Assembly: GCF_009834535.1 (NCBI RefSeq)
Contig: NC_045707.1
Coordinates: 54,314,001-54,378,000 of the forward strand
Direction: 5' to 3'
From: Camelus ferus
Lineage: Eukaryota
DNA length: 64,000 bases
Below, piece by piece: positions 28,961 to 40,940 of the stretch. The number at the start of each line of letters is the position of its first letter. Within the stretch, counting starts at the first letter, position 1. A program made the position numbers and the translations under genes. The notes beneath the pieces are model-generated. The model was not told where the DNA came from. It was given only the letters and a program-made list of their open reading frames with translations, and made no database searches.

Positions 28961-29995
28961 CTAGACAGAAAAAAGGAAAATAAGATAAAAGTGCAGCATT
29001 GGCTCTTTCCTTCTCTGAAATGGTTGTACCTTTTAAATAATAATATCAAAAAATAATACCCATTCTATAAAGCTCTGTGAAATTGATGATGATGTTATGT
29101 TAAAAAAGCTTTATAATATGACAAAGTAACCAACCATTTCTATATTCTTGGTTATCTGATTAAACACATAGCCAAAACTTAATACAAAGAGCAGAAATAC
29201 TAATAATGTGAAAACCTTTACATGTAAATTTTCTAGTTCTGGCACCATCTTTTTAGTTAGGGAGTTGTTTCACTGTTTATTACTTCATCTCCTTTGTTAA
29301 ATTCCTGATATTTCTGCTGGAATAAAGTAACATTTCCATAAATGTATAATAGAGAAAAGCTATTATTATAGTAAAAACCATATACCCTGCTTTTTTCCTC
29401 CTCTAAACTATAAGGAGCTAAGATAGGAGATGGAGGCAAGACAACCAATAAGATGATAAACAGGTAAAACATAATTTTCATTAATTTTACAGATAAATGG
29501 ATTTATCTTGTGCCTTGATGTATGATATTTCACATAACAAAGATGCATGAATTATAAATACTTTATAGCCAAGAGAATTCTAAATCTATTAATTTTATAA
29601 AATAATTAGGATGACTGTAAATGTAGGGCTCTGTAAGATTTAATTGATAATAAATGGTTCTATGGAATGTGAAACTGGGGATTAGTGCAGTTGAATTAAG
29701 ACAAAAGGTTTTTGCTTGTCAAAGAACTGTAAGCAAAGAAAACAGAGAAGTAAGTAACAGGAAGTAGAATAAAGAGTGGAAAGTGATGCATTCAAAGTAG
29801 GTTAACATACCTGCTTTAAAAAAAGTAGGTTGCATCTGACTGATATGTTGTATGTCAACTATACCTCAATAAACAAATAAATAAATGAAGTAGATTATCA
29901 TAAAACCACAATTCAGAGCAGCATACATTTTCTTAATATCTTACACCATCTTGCAAAAAGGGACTTTAAGACTCTTTGATAAATAGCTAGTGCAA

Positions 29996-30280
29996 TACAG
30001 ACATAGTAAACAAACTTCTGGTTACCTGGGGGGAAAAGGGTGGGAAAGGATAAATTAGGAGTTTAAGATTTGCAGATACTAACTACTACATATAAAATAG
30101 ATAAACAACAAGTCTCCACTGTATAGTAGAGGGAACTATATTCAATATTTTGTAGTAACCTACAATGAAAAAGAATATGAAAAGGAATATATGTATGTAT
30201 ATGGATGACTGAAACATGCTGTACACCAGAAACTGACACAACATTGTAAACTGACCATACTTTAATAAAGGAAAAAAAAT
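29996..30280 (+). mobile_element. 5'-truncated lineage-specific L1 3' tail
   Basis: acagacatagtaaacaaacttctggttacc...acattgtaaactgaccatactttaataaa plus A tail. Imperfect TSD ctagtgcaa / ctaatgcaa. Confidence 0.88.
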
Positions 30281-30869
30281 CTAATGCAACAGAAGAGAAT
30301 ATACCTAAATGAAAAAATAAGATTTAAAATGTCACCAAATCTAAATTACATATTTTAATTAAATGTTAAGGTACCATGTTTTTTAGAATGTGAATTAGAA
30401 GAGCAGAAAAGCACCTGTAGTTATCCTCAAACATGAGCATAATGAAGATTTCCTTTAGTCTTCCAGTAATAATTTATCCTTACTAAGCATGATTTACGTG
30501 TTTCAGAGAGATTATATTTTTCAGATTAGGACAAATGTTGGTCAATATTTGGGCACATTTCATAATTATAAGTGACTTAAGGTATTATAAGAGTTGGGTG
30601 CTTCTATATGAATTCAATAAGAATTATCAATAAGAAAAATTTAAAAAACCTCTGTCTATACATATTTAATAGAATAAATAATATATATCACCTAAGGTAT
30701 TCTCAAAAAAATATTGGCATGTCAAAAGAGCACTAGTCAATCAGGAAGACAGATTACTATGGGTTTACATACTGTTTGATACCCTACTATAACCTGCTGA
30801 CTTTTTTATTCCTTCTCTTGGCTTGCTTGCCTGTTAATTGGATCTATGTATTTCCTGAGTAGATATTAC

Positions 30870-31070
30870 AATTTGACAGACCTAGGTTAGATCCAAGCTC
30901 CAACTTTTACTAGTTGTATGACTCTGGACAAATTAATCTCACCTTCTGCCTCCTTTTTTGTCCAGGAGAAATAATACTTGAAATATTACTGTGAGAATTA
31001 ATGAGATAATGTGTGGAAAGCATCAAGACTCATGCCTACGTAAGTGTAAGGACTCAACAAAGGGCAGCTG
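30870..31070 (+). mobile_element. MIR SINE
   Basis: cagacctaggttagatccaagctcc..actagttgtatgactctggacaaattaat...gtgagaattaatgagataatgtgtggaaagca. Confidence 0.7.
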
Positions 31071-31743
31071 GGAAACATATAATTACAACGTAAGCAACAA
31101 TATTGTTTCCAACTGATTATATTCTTGGAAAAGATCTTAAATCCTTCCTACAATAAGGTGGGGAATAAAGGAAATTGATGAATCCATAATAGACTTCATT
31201 TTATTCATCTAGCTCATGAAATAAAAGATTTCGTAAGTTTTTTTGCACTCGTTTGGGCAACTATCTCTCTACGACTTGATTTTTTAATATGTAAAACATG
31301 AATAAGGTTGTACTTTCCTCATACATTTATCAAGATTAAATAATTTAACACATATAAAATATTTAGAGGAGATGTCTCGCTCAGTGTGCTCAATAATTTT
31401 ACTCACTGAGAGCAGAGAAAGAGTACTATATTTTCAGTATCTTTTTATTTCAAAACATTTTGATTGTACCACCTTAAATTGACCTAAAACAAATTAATTC
31501 AAACTGCAAAGGAATAATAGTAAGAAACAATGATAAGGAGCAAAAAATGTAGTAATTCTAAGTCAAATTGTAACAATTCTACCTAATAAAATTGAAAACT
31601 GAAAAAAAAAAAAGCAATTCTAGATGGGGAAAAAAAAATCACTTGATTCTGATAGTCCCTAGAAAGACCACCATGAATGACACTATTGTTACCCTCAAAA
31701 AATACACAATCGAGTAAGAAGCCAGGAGATAAGGATATCATAA

Positions 31744-31797
31744 AGAGCATTACAGAGTCATTTAAACCTAGAGCATTACAGAGTCATTTAAACCTAG
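31744..31797. repeat. Perfect 26-bp tandem duplication
   Basis: agagcattacagagtcatttaaacct x2. Confidence 0.95.
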
Positions 31798-31892
31798 TCC
31801 TTAGGGATCATCAATGGCAGGTCTGCGTTGCTGTTTTTTAAATCTTTGTATCTCTCAGTATAACTTGCCCAGTGTCTTGGAAATAGGTTTTA

Positions 31893-32354
31893 TTTTATTT
31901 TTATGCTTTTATTTATTCACTTATTATGTTAGTTGAAGTATAGTCAGTTTACAATGTGTCAATTTCTGGTATACAGCATAATGTTTCAATCATCCATATA
32001 TATACATATATTTCTTTTCATGTTCCTTTTCATTACAGATTGCTACAAGATATTGAATATAGTTCCCTGTGCTATACAGTACAAACTTGTTTATCTATTT
32101 TATTTTTTATATGTAGTAGTTAGTATCTGCAAGTCTCAAATTCCCAATTTATCCCTTCCCACCCCCATTCCCCTTGGTAACCATAGGTTTGTTTTCTATG
32201 GCAAAGTAATATCATATGGTATTTTTCTTTCTTTTTCTGGCTTATTTCACTTAGAATAGACAATCTCCAGGTCCATTCATGTTGCTGCAAATGGCATTAT
32301 TTTATTCTTTTTTATGTCTGAGTAGTGTTCTATTATTGGCTGGGTAGTATTCCA
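31893..32354 (-). mobile_element. 5'-truncated lineage-specific L1 3' tail with perfect 15-bp TSD
   Basis: TSD tggaaataggtttta at 31878-31892 and 32355-32369. T-rich tail; same family as 29996 and 39476. Confidence 0.92.
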
Positions 32355-34499
32355 TGGAAATAGGTTTTAAATACATCTTTATAAAATATTTAAAGAAACT
32401 CGTAAGCTGAGTTTCCATTATTATGTGGCTCAGTGCTGAACATTTTTATATCTGTTATCTCATCGAAGTAACACAATTTTATGTATTATAATATCCTTAA
32501 AATTTTTTCATCCCTGTGTAATCCCCCCAATTTTTATAATCCTAATCTTAGCTTTCTTGTTTATCTCATTCTAGTTAACTCTTTATATGTGAAAATCTGG
32601 TTATTACCCATTTTCTGTATCTGCCACACATAGCAGTGCTGTAAAATAAGTTTTATGCTAAGGCTGGATAACTAGCTGTAATTCATCATTTTATAAGGAG
32701 TATTTTCACTAATTTAAATTTGCCTTCTCAAATATAAACATATTTAAATGACTATAATGCACACACAGAGTCATACACATACACACAGTCAAATGTAGAG
32801 ACTTTTACCTAATTTATTGCTGATTCAGTTAACAGTTATTTATGGAACATCTACCGTGGTAATTAGGTTGAAGAAATTCAGTGGGGAACTAGTGGGGTCT
32901 TGGTCCTCCAGGATCTTACTATTCAAATGGGTATTTTATTATTGTTTTGTTGAGGGCACAACAAAGTAACACTTGATCAAAATTCTTGTGAGTTCTTTTT
33001 GGAAATCACTGAAGTAAACAAAATAAATCATCAATAAAATTCATTTTGTCACAGCTTTGTCTAAGCTGCTCCCTTTTGATTGTTCCTCCTTAACATTCCT
33101 TAGTTACCTTATTTTGCAACCTGATCTCTTTTCTATAGTCCATGAACTGCTTAATTCATGTTAAGAAGTTAGCTTTTCTTGTTTTCTAGCTGGCTTACTT
33201 CTTGGCTATAAGTAAGTGTTACCAACACAGACTCAAGCTTTGTTTTTCACTGAAATAAAATTAGCAAATGTTTACTGAATATTTAACATGGACTTGACAC
33301 TGTGCTAGGTGTTACAAACACCTGCAAGATTTTTATCCATAGTTGTGGCTCTACCTTTATTACTAAATTCACCTCGTTTGCTTCATCCTGCTCTTTCTCT
33401 CCTCTAACCACGAAGTTTGAAATTTGATATGCCCAAATTTGATAATGTTGGAAAACTCCGTTACGTCTTCAGGCTTATGGTCTTAGCCCTTAAACTTCTT
33501 ACCATTTGCTCTTCACCAAAATTCCTATGCTGAAAGACCCCATCCTCTCTGAGGAGTGCTCCACATAAAACTAACCAACCACTCTCTTTCTTCCGTCTGA
33601 TTCAGCTCAGTCCTGCTGCCAATTGTGCTCACTATCTTCAGGATACTGATTCCCCATGTTTTCAATAAACCAGCAACTCTCACCTTACACACGATTTTCT
33701 TCACTGCCCTACTAAACTCTAAACTTCCCTGGGTGTCTGCTAAATTCCAAGCCAGATCACCAAATTCTGAAATTACTTCTGTGCATGAGGCAACAGTAAA
33801 ATAAGAAGAGAAACAAAAACTCCACTAAAACAAGACTAGTCCTTACTGGTTTGTGCTTATGTCCATCATGAGGGCAACGGCAATACTTTGGTAGAAATAA
33901 AAACAACCCATTCCTGAACTGAGTAAATCATGGTCACTCCTCACAATTTTAGATTCCATCCTGTGGCTTCCAGTCAACTTCTCCGCTCCCTGCCTCTCCC
34001 CCTCCTCTGTCTTCTCATTTATCCTAACGGAAGTCATCAATTACTGAGTGCCCCCTGATGCTGCCCACACTGCATGCTCTTCCAGCCCTTTGCTTCTTCA
34101 TTGATCAGCAACCTCAGTGGTATTCTTCCTCTATCTACCGACTTTTTAAAAATAACTGACCCCTTACCTTTTGCCCTATTTTCACTCTCACCTTAAATTA
34201 AAAATTGTTGACTCACATTCCTTGGCTAATAAATATATCTACAAGCTACAAACAGCCAATATTATTAAGAGCTTGCTACTGAGCAACTTGCTCTATGGTT
34301 TTTCACGGCATGAAATGCGAGTTCAAGCTTCCACACTTTGTGCATTTATGCCTCCCCTCCTTGAGGATTAGTGCTGTGTCAGATTGTAGGATGTAATTGG
34401 TTCCCTCAATTAGAAGTTTCTTTTCTGACTGCCCCACTTGACACTCTCCCTCCCTCCCCTCAAAGAGTGGATTAGTCTCTAGCAGTTTTATGGACAATG

Positions 34500-34513
34500 C
34501 TGCCCTCTGGTGG
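34500..34513 (-). promoter_or_regulatory. CTCF core motif match
   Basis: Reverse complement CCACCAGAGGGCAG fits CCASYAGRKGGCRS exactly. Binding not shown. Confidence 0.6.
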
Positions 34514-35043
34514 CTTGAAATTTTCAAGTCGACAAGTTGTTCATGTTCATACACATAGATAATTGGATATTTGAAAATTACTAGTAAGTTTTCAAGCGTT
34601 TAACAGAATTCAAATATTTAAAACAACATTTTAATTTATTAGTGAGTAAAGTTTAAAATTACAGCCATTATTTTAGGTTGACTCAAATAAGTTAATAGCA
34701 TATCACAATTTGATTGCATTAGTACTAGAAAATTCTTCATTCTGTAGGAGGAAAACCTGAGTTACAGAGTCTTAAATGATTTGCCTACAGACACAAAATA
34801 ACATAAGTGCTACATCAACAACCTCCTAAAGATTAAAGTATCAAAAGTAGAAAGGATCCCACTGATTTTCTTTTTCACGTTTTTCATCTTTAATCTTACC
34901 TTGAATATTTCTATTCTGTGTATCTGTTGTGAAGGGGAGTAGAAAAAAAGAGTGAGGAGAATTTAAAGGTCGTCATTAAGTTTTACATTTCAGAATTCAA
35001 ACTTTAAAGAAAAAATGCTTTTATTTCACCAATCTAACAGTAT

Positions 35044-35171
35044 GTATTTTTGTTTTTGGGGGGAAGGTAATTAAGCTTATTCACTTATTTTTTAATGGAG
35101 GTACTGGTGATTGAACTCAGGACCTCACGTATGCTAAGTGTGTACTGTACCACTGAGCTATACTCTACCCC
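35044..35171 (-). mobile_element. tRNA-derived SINE, camelid vic-1-like
   Basis: Reverse complement ggggtagagtatagctcagtggta...gtcctgagttcaatcaccagtacctcc shows A and B boxes and an A-rich tail. 13-bp TSD aatctaacagtat at 35031-35043 and 35173-35185. Confidence 0.88.
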
Positions 35172-37386
35172 TAATCTAACAGTATTTTGATAAAACAAAA
35201 GCAAAACAAAAGCTTAGTATAGAGACACAAAACCTCACATAGTAATAAGAATGCAATTTGGTTTACAATCATGTAATTAGAATGAATATCTCTCTAGAAA
35301 GTATACAACTGCCAGTCTGGTTTTTTACCTGATAGGTCATGCTTAATGACCACTGTCAAATGTGAAATTTAAGATGTGGTTGTTAACTCGGATGGCTGGT
35401 TTTCATTTTTCATTTGTTACCCTACTATGCCCCCTTGTGACAGGTAAGAGGAGCCTTAATTTTAGCTTCATAATAATTATGAAATTTTTGGCCATTAAAG
35501 CAATGATTTTTATGTTTGGGCAGATATTCCATATTAAAACTTATTCTAAAATATTACTGACTATGCTAATTTATTAAAAATGTACTCAACCTAAAAAAAA
35601 GTCCTCAGTTACAAGAATTAGCAAGAAAGATATATTTTCCAGAGGTAGATTTTAACAAGAAAATTTTTCCTTAGCTTCACTATCAGAGAGTACTGCAAAC
35701 ACTGTAGATATCTAAAAAAATAGATCTTTTGAACATAAATAAGTAATAATTATTTGTTGAACGTTGGCTGAGTCAATCTTTAAGCCACTTTTGATATTTG
35801 AACTTGCCCCAGCAGTTTCAGAAACTTTTACTATTTTCAAAACACCTATTTGAACAATGTTTTTGATACTCTTGAAGATGAGTAGAAATATACATCGAAA
35901 CAACAAAACAGATTATCAAACTACCCTGATTGACTGCATTGAATTCCACTGCCCCAGGACTGAGAGCCTCATTCTCGTTAGGGCTGGGAGTTACATTTCC
36001 CCGGGTGATCACTGCATACTATTCAGTTCATAGACAGCCCTGATGAACTTAACAGGCGTTTGCAAAACAAGATTGCAGGAGACACAAAGCAAAATAAGTT
36101 GACAAACAGAGCATATAGTTTACATTTTCTTGAAAAATGCTTAAAGTTTCAATATTTTAAACCTGACAAACTTTTAGTAAATGACAAAAATATTATCTTG
36201 AGAGGGTAAAAGATAAAATTAAGGTATCACTAATATAATGCCAAAAAAGGAAAGTTGAACATTCATAAATATAAAAATGAATCATCAGTACTTTATCAAT
36301 GGCTAATGAGTCCTGTGCCAACAAATATCAGTTATTCTTTGGAAACAGTGATACTTTGGTTAGTTTTATTTATGTCTAAAAAAATTAAATATATATATTT
36401 CTTGGAATTCTACAAATGAATTGATTAAAAACAATAAATGGAAAAATTAATAAGGATAAAAATTAATCTGAGTGCTTCTTTGTATGCTGTAAGTTAGAAC
36501 TACAGGATAAATATAGATTCCTTGCTCTTCTCAGGAATAATGGCACTTTATGAAACATTTCACTGACATTAAGATCTTTATAAGAGAAACTGATGAGTGA
36601 CAGAAACTCAAAACAGTTAAAATAAAAAGTCATGCTACTTATATTAAGCCTATGAGTCCATGAGTAAATATTTATGAAGTGTAAGTAAATGCAAAGTTAT
36701 ATGAAATAAATAATTTTAAATAGCTTTAATTATACATTTAAAGTTAATAACCTGCTACTTCTTGCTCTGACATCTATAAACTACTCAACATATCAAGTAA
36801 TTTTACTAAAATGATTAGAGGTGTCCAAAGAAAGATGTGATTTGAACAGCCTGGAAGTGGGGGAGAAAAAAAGACGCCTTCGAACATGTCTCAAGCTCAG
36901 CATAATCATGAAAGAGACACACTGTGCTCCTTTTCCAGACTGTCAAGCTGTGAAGTCTTCAGAGCCGATATTCATGGAACTGATGAGTTTATATAAATTG
37001 TTTATTGAATAATCCAGTGATTTAAAATCACATAAAGGAATAAGCACATGAAGCAGACGCTCTTTAGAATCGACATTTGCTGAGATGAACCAGCTTAGAA
37101 ACCAATTACAGCATAATTCTCAGTGTACAATAGATAGAGTAGTCAACAGCAAAGTAGAAAAGAAACATGGGGAAGTGAAAATAGCATTTAAGAGTATAAA
37201 ATCATTCGATGTAATATAATCTTCTCTAAGTTTTCTTGTTCTTTTTCATGAAATTATTACCTTAGACATACTCATATCTGTGAATTTCACTTCTGTCTTT
37301 ATTAAATACAGTTTGCTAAAAAATAATTTAAAAGATTTTATCTTCAATGTCAGACAGTTATTATTCAAAGATCATTGATTACTCAC

Positions 37387-37466
37387 CTAATTTTTTCAAT
37401 TTCTTTGATTTCATTTTCTGTGCTCTCTTCAGCATTTGCTGAGCAGTAGAAATATCTTTAAAGCCC
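37387..37466 (-). CDS. LRRIQ1: LRRIQ1 coding exon, 80 nt, phase 2/1
   Basis: Acceptor ttttaatag|G, donor G|gtgagt. Translates GFKDISTAQQMLKRAQKMKSKKLKKL(D). Confidence 0.93.
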
Positions 37467-37714
37467 CTATTAAAAGATTAAATTTAACAAAGGCAAAAAA
37501 ATTCAGACTATATTTATATATGCATATACATATAAATATACATATCTGGATTATACCAAAACAAATATGAATTCCCATTTAAGAATCTGTAATTTAACAG
37601 ACATATAGTTTCTTAAAAACTAATAAAGGTATTCTTGAAATCTCAAAAAATATGCCTTGGACATTTAAAAGTTTCTCAATTTCTTAATATTTTAGTGTAA
37701 AACAGACCACATAC

Positions 37715-37810
37715 CATTCTTTTGAAATTTTTTCCTCTTTTTCAGATTTTAGCAAATTCTTTCTGCTGATCTTAGATTCAGGTGTCCACGATAGAGTTCT
37801 ATTTTCTGAT
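37715..37810 (-). CDS. LRRIQ1: LRRIQ1 coding exon, 96 nt, phase 2/2
   Basis: Acceptor attgccag|A, donor TG|gtatgt. Translates SENRTLSWTPESKISRKNLLKSEKEEKISKE(W). Confidence 0.92.
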
Positions 37811-38340
37811 CTGGCAATAGGGAAAAACCACACTGAACTGAATCAACCCAAGTATATCAGCAGTTTTTAAAACTACAAGCTGTTTATGTTGTCTCAAACT
37901 TGGAAATAAAATACATTTAAGTTACAGAAAAACTTTATCTTGAGAAGTAATAAAAGTCTGCCATTAATTTAAAATGTTTACATTTCAATTACTTGAAGCA
38001 TATTTCAATCCTTTTGTTGAAAGAAACTCAGCATTGGAATTTTTATTCTAATCCTTATCTCTACCTATATAGCAGTATTTAAAAGTCCACTTGTTTAAAA
38101 CAATTAATTATATTATTTCAGTGACACTTAAGTTTTGTAGTTGCTGTAATGAACTTACCTAACACATTTTTCTTACACTGAAAACTCCATAAAATCACTA
38201 CATTTTCACATTAAATGCTTTTTCCAACGTCTAAACAAGAAAATTCATTCCTATTTTCATCATCTTACTACTTTTGTAAGGAGTGTAATATTCTTATCAT
38301 TCATTAGAGGTTGTTCCTCTAAAAGAGTGATTTAGCTTAC

Positions 38341-38462
38341 CTGCTATTAAATTGTGTGTGTTCCGATGAAAACCAATTTTCTTTCTCATTACATAGCCAT
38401 GCTTGCGCCGGATGACTTGGTAAATTAAGTGATGTGTCATCATATTTTAAGGTTCCAGAGAG
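38341..38462 (-). CDS. LRRIQ1: LRRIQ1 coding exon, 122 nt, phase 0/2
   Basis: Acceptor ttttctgataag|C (AAG type), donor AG|gtaagc. Translates LSGTLKYDDTSLNLPSHPAQAWLCNEKENWFSSEHTQFNS(R). Confidence 0.9.
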
Positions 38463-39121
38463 CTTATCAGAAAAAATGTATATAAGTATAAAATAAATTG
38501 AAAAAAATCTAGCACTTATATTGTATGACTTTACATGCATAGTATCGAGTAGCCTCAGGGGAACTCATATAAAATCTGAAAATTAAACTAAAGTGAAATT
38601 TATGGAATATACATACAAATGTCCTTTGTTGTAGCTGTAAAGTATATGCTTTTTGGTATAGTTTGCATATACAAAATGATTAATAGCAAAGATCTTGAAA
38701 AAATCTCAGAAAAACAAAAACTTCAAAGATTATCAAATAAATAACAGATATTGCAGTTCATTGACCTCTGACTGAGAATCTTCAGCTGTTGCCCTTTTAA
38801 TGCATATTTTTGTATTTCTAAAGTGCTGTCAACTAGTGATTTTAGTCTACTGCCAAATATGCAGCTGAAGCATATCATTTTTTTTTTTTTGCTACTGTGA
38901 AATAAAGTGTTGAAAGAAATCCAAAATAAAGAAAAAAATCAGAAGCAAGTGAAAGAAAAGCTACATGAAAAATTACATCTGGGGATGAGGAGGAAGTCAG
39001 AGGCTTCTAAAAGTAATTGTGTTTTTCAAGTCAATAAATAGTATTATTAATCACTGCAGCATAGCATAACCTTAAGAAACGAACAAAGATCGAGCACTAA
39101 GAGGTTTCCATGACATGTTAC

Positions 39122-39211
39122 CTTTGGCCGGTGCAGCTGGTTTGGAAGAAGCAGTGTTTGTGAAGGGAAGCGGGCGGAATCTAAAGCTAGCCATTCTTTC
39201 TCTAAGGCAGA
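39122..39211 (-). CDS. LRRIQ1: LRRIQ1 coding exon, 90 nt, phase 0/0
   Basis: Acceptor tttgtgcag|T, donor AAG|gtaaca. Translates SALEKEWLALDSARFPSQTLLLPNQLHRPK. Confidence 0.93.
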
Positions 39212-39475
39212 CTGCACAAATAATAACATGAATGTACATAATTTAGTTTGCATAACTTTTACAAGATTCTTTTAAATTGTCTTACACACTACAAATGTTA
39301 AGAAAGTGTACCAACATTTTTATTTAAGAAAAATTTGCCACTTGATCTTGTGAGATGTTATTCATTTGTTTAATGTAAATATTCTTTAAAAAAGTGGTGT
39401 AAGATTTTCCATCCCCAAGTGGGATAAAGTGAGAACTTGAGTACTCACGTGCTTTAAAAAAAAAAGAGGTGCAGA

Positions 39476-39776
39476 CTCACAGACACAGAGAACAAACTTA
39501 TGGTTACCAGCGGGGGGAAGAGGGTGGGAAGGGATAAATTGGGAGCTCGAGATTTGCAGATACTAACAAATATACATAAAATAGATACACAACAAGTTCA
39601 TACTGTATAGCACAGGGAACTACATTCAATATCTTGTAGCAACTTATGGTGAAAAAGAATATGAAAATGAATATACATATCTTCATGTGTGACTGAAGCA
39701 TTATGTCGTACACCAGAAATTGACACAACATTGTAAACTGCCTATACTTCAATAAAAATATACATGTACAAAAAAC
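39476..39776 (+). mobile_element. 5'-truncated lineage-specific L1 3' tail
   Basis: Same family as 29996. TSD aagaggtgcaga (39464-39475) / aagaggtacaga (39777-39788). Confidence 0.9.
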
Positions 39777-40940
39777 AAGAGGTACAGATTGTTCAGTGTA
39801 TTTAACTGTTTGATAACTATAACTCTGAACCAACTCTAGATGTAACAGAGGAAAATAATCTTTTAGCTCTTTATAATGCAAATTGTAATACTTTTCATCA
39901 AAACTTACTGCTAAATATTTATAGTATTTTAACATTAGTATCAATTTTTCTATAAGTACTATCTGTAAGATAGCTTTTACTTAATTTTTGTTCAAAATTT
40001 TGCAAATTTTCTGAACAGATGGAAAAAAGAATTTTGTGGCAATACATAGAACATGGTTCCTGATATTATATTCTCTAATTCAAGTATTTGAATGATAAAA
40101 GTATAAATTTAAATTTTGAAATGATCTTATTTTAAATCACTTCACTCTTCGTCTTACAACATCTTTATTTCATTTATGTAATTTCCAAAATTTATTTTAT
40201 TTTTCTAAATGGAACTATACTAGTTATGCCAGTGTTGTATAATTTAACATATAATTATCTAAATTTTATTTGCTTGGGTTATCTAATATTGTTTAAAATA
40301 AACTTATGTGGTTCCATAGCATTTTTTGAATTTTTAAGAAAAAAGGATGAGCAGAACACCAATGAACTTGTTTTTTAAAAATGTTCTAAAATGATCAAAC
40401 ATATTTATGATTTGAAAACTGGAACGAGTACAATCTGAGAAGACCTAAATGCAATTTTCCATTCATGCAGCTTTAGTGTTCCTTGACTATCTCTTGAAAG
40501 ACCTTTGGGAAGGCAACATAAGGCCTCCTGACTACAGGCCAGCAATGCAAATGACGGACTTTTACTTATAGCATGTTGTCTTGGGAAATCTAATCAAATT
40601 CATTTGAATACCTACATAAAAAGGACACTTCTCCTCAGCTGTACACAGGAATATTGTCCAATTCCTTCTAGGAAGAGATTATTAATATATATATAATCAC
40701 AGTCATATACTGGTTATATCTGGTTTAAGAAGAGCCATTTGATGCAAGTTTGCAAACATTATTCAGGGCTCAGATTTAAAATTCTTTCTTTTATATGACA
40801 AATAAAAGAAAATTCAGATCTATCCCGGGAAAGATCAAGGCCCACGGCATATCAACTATCATTAAATTAGTATTCTTACTCTGTAAAATTGTCCAAATGA
40901 AGAGAAGATGTGGATACACTATTACACAAGGCAACGTGCC

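Noticed and set aside
29219..29481. Possible extra LRRIQ1 cassette exon / ORF 29257..29481
   Set aside because: Candidate acceptor ttattccag| gives an early stop in the required phase 1, and there is no similarity to the LRRIQ1 protein I recall.
35098..35171. tRNA-like sequence (also 42775-42847)
   Set aside because: A/B boxes belong to SINEs with tails and TSDs, not tRNA genes.
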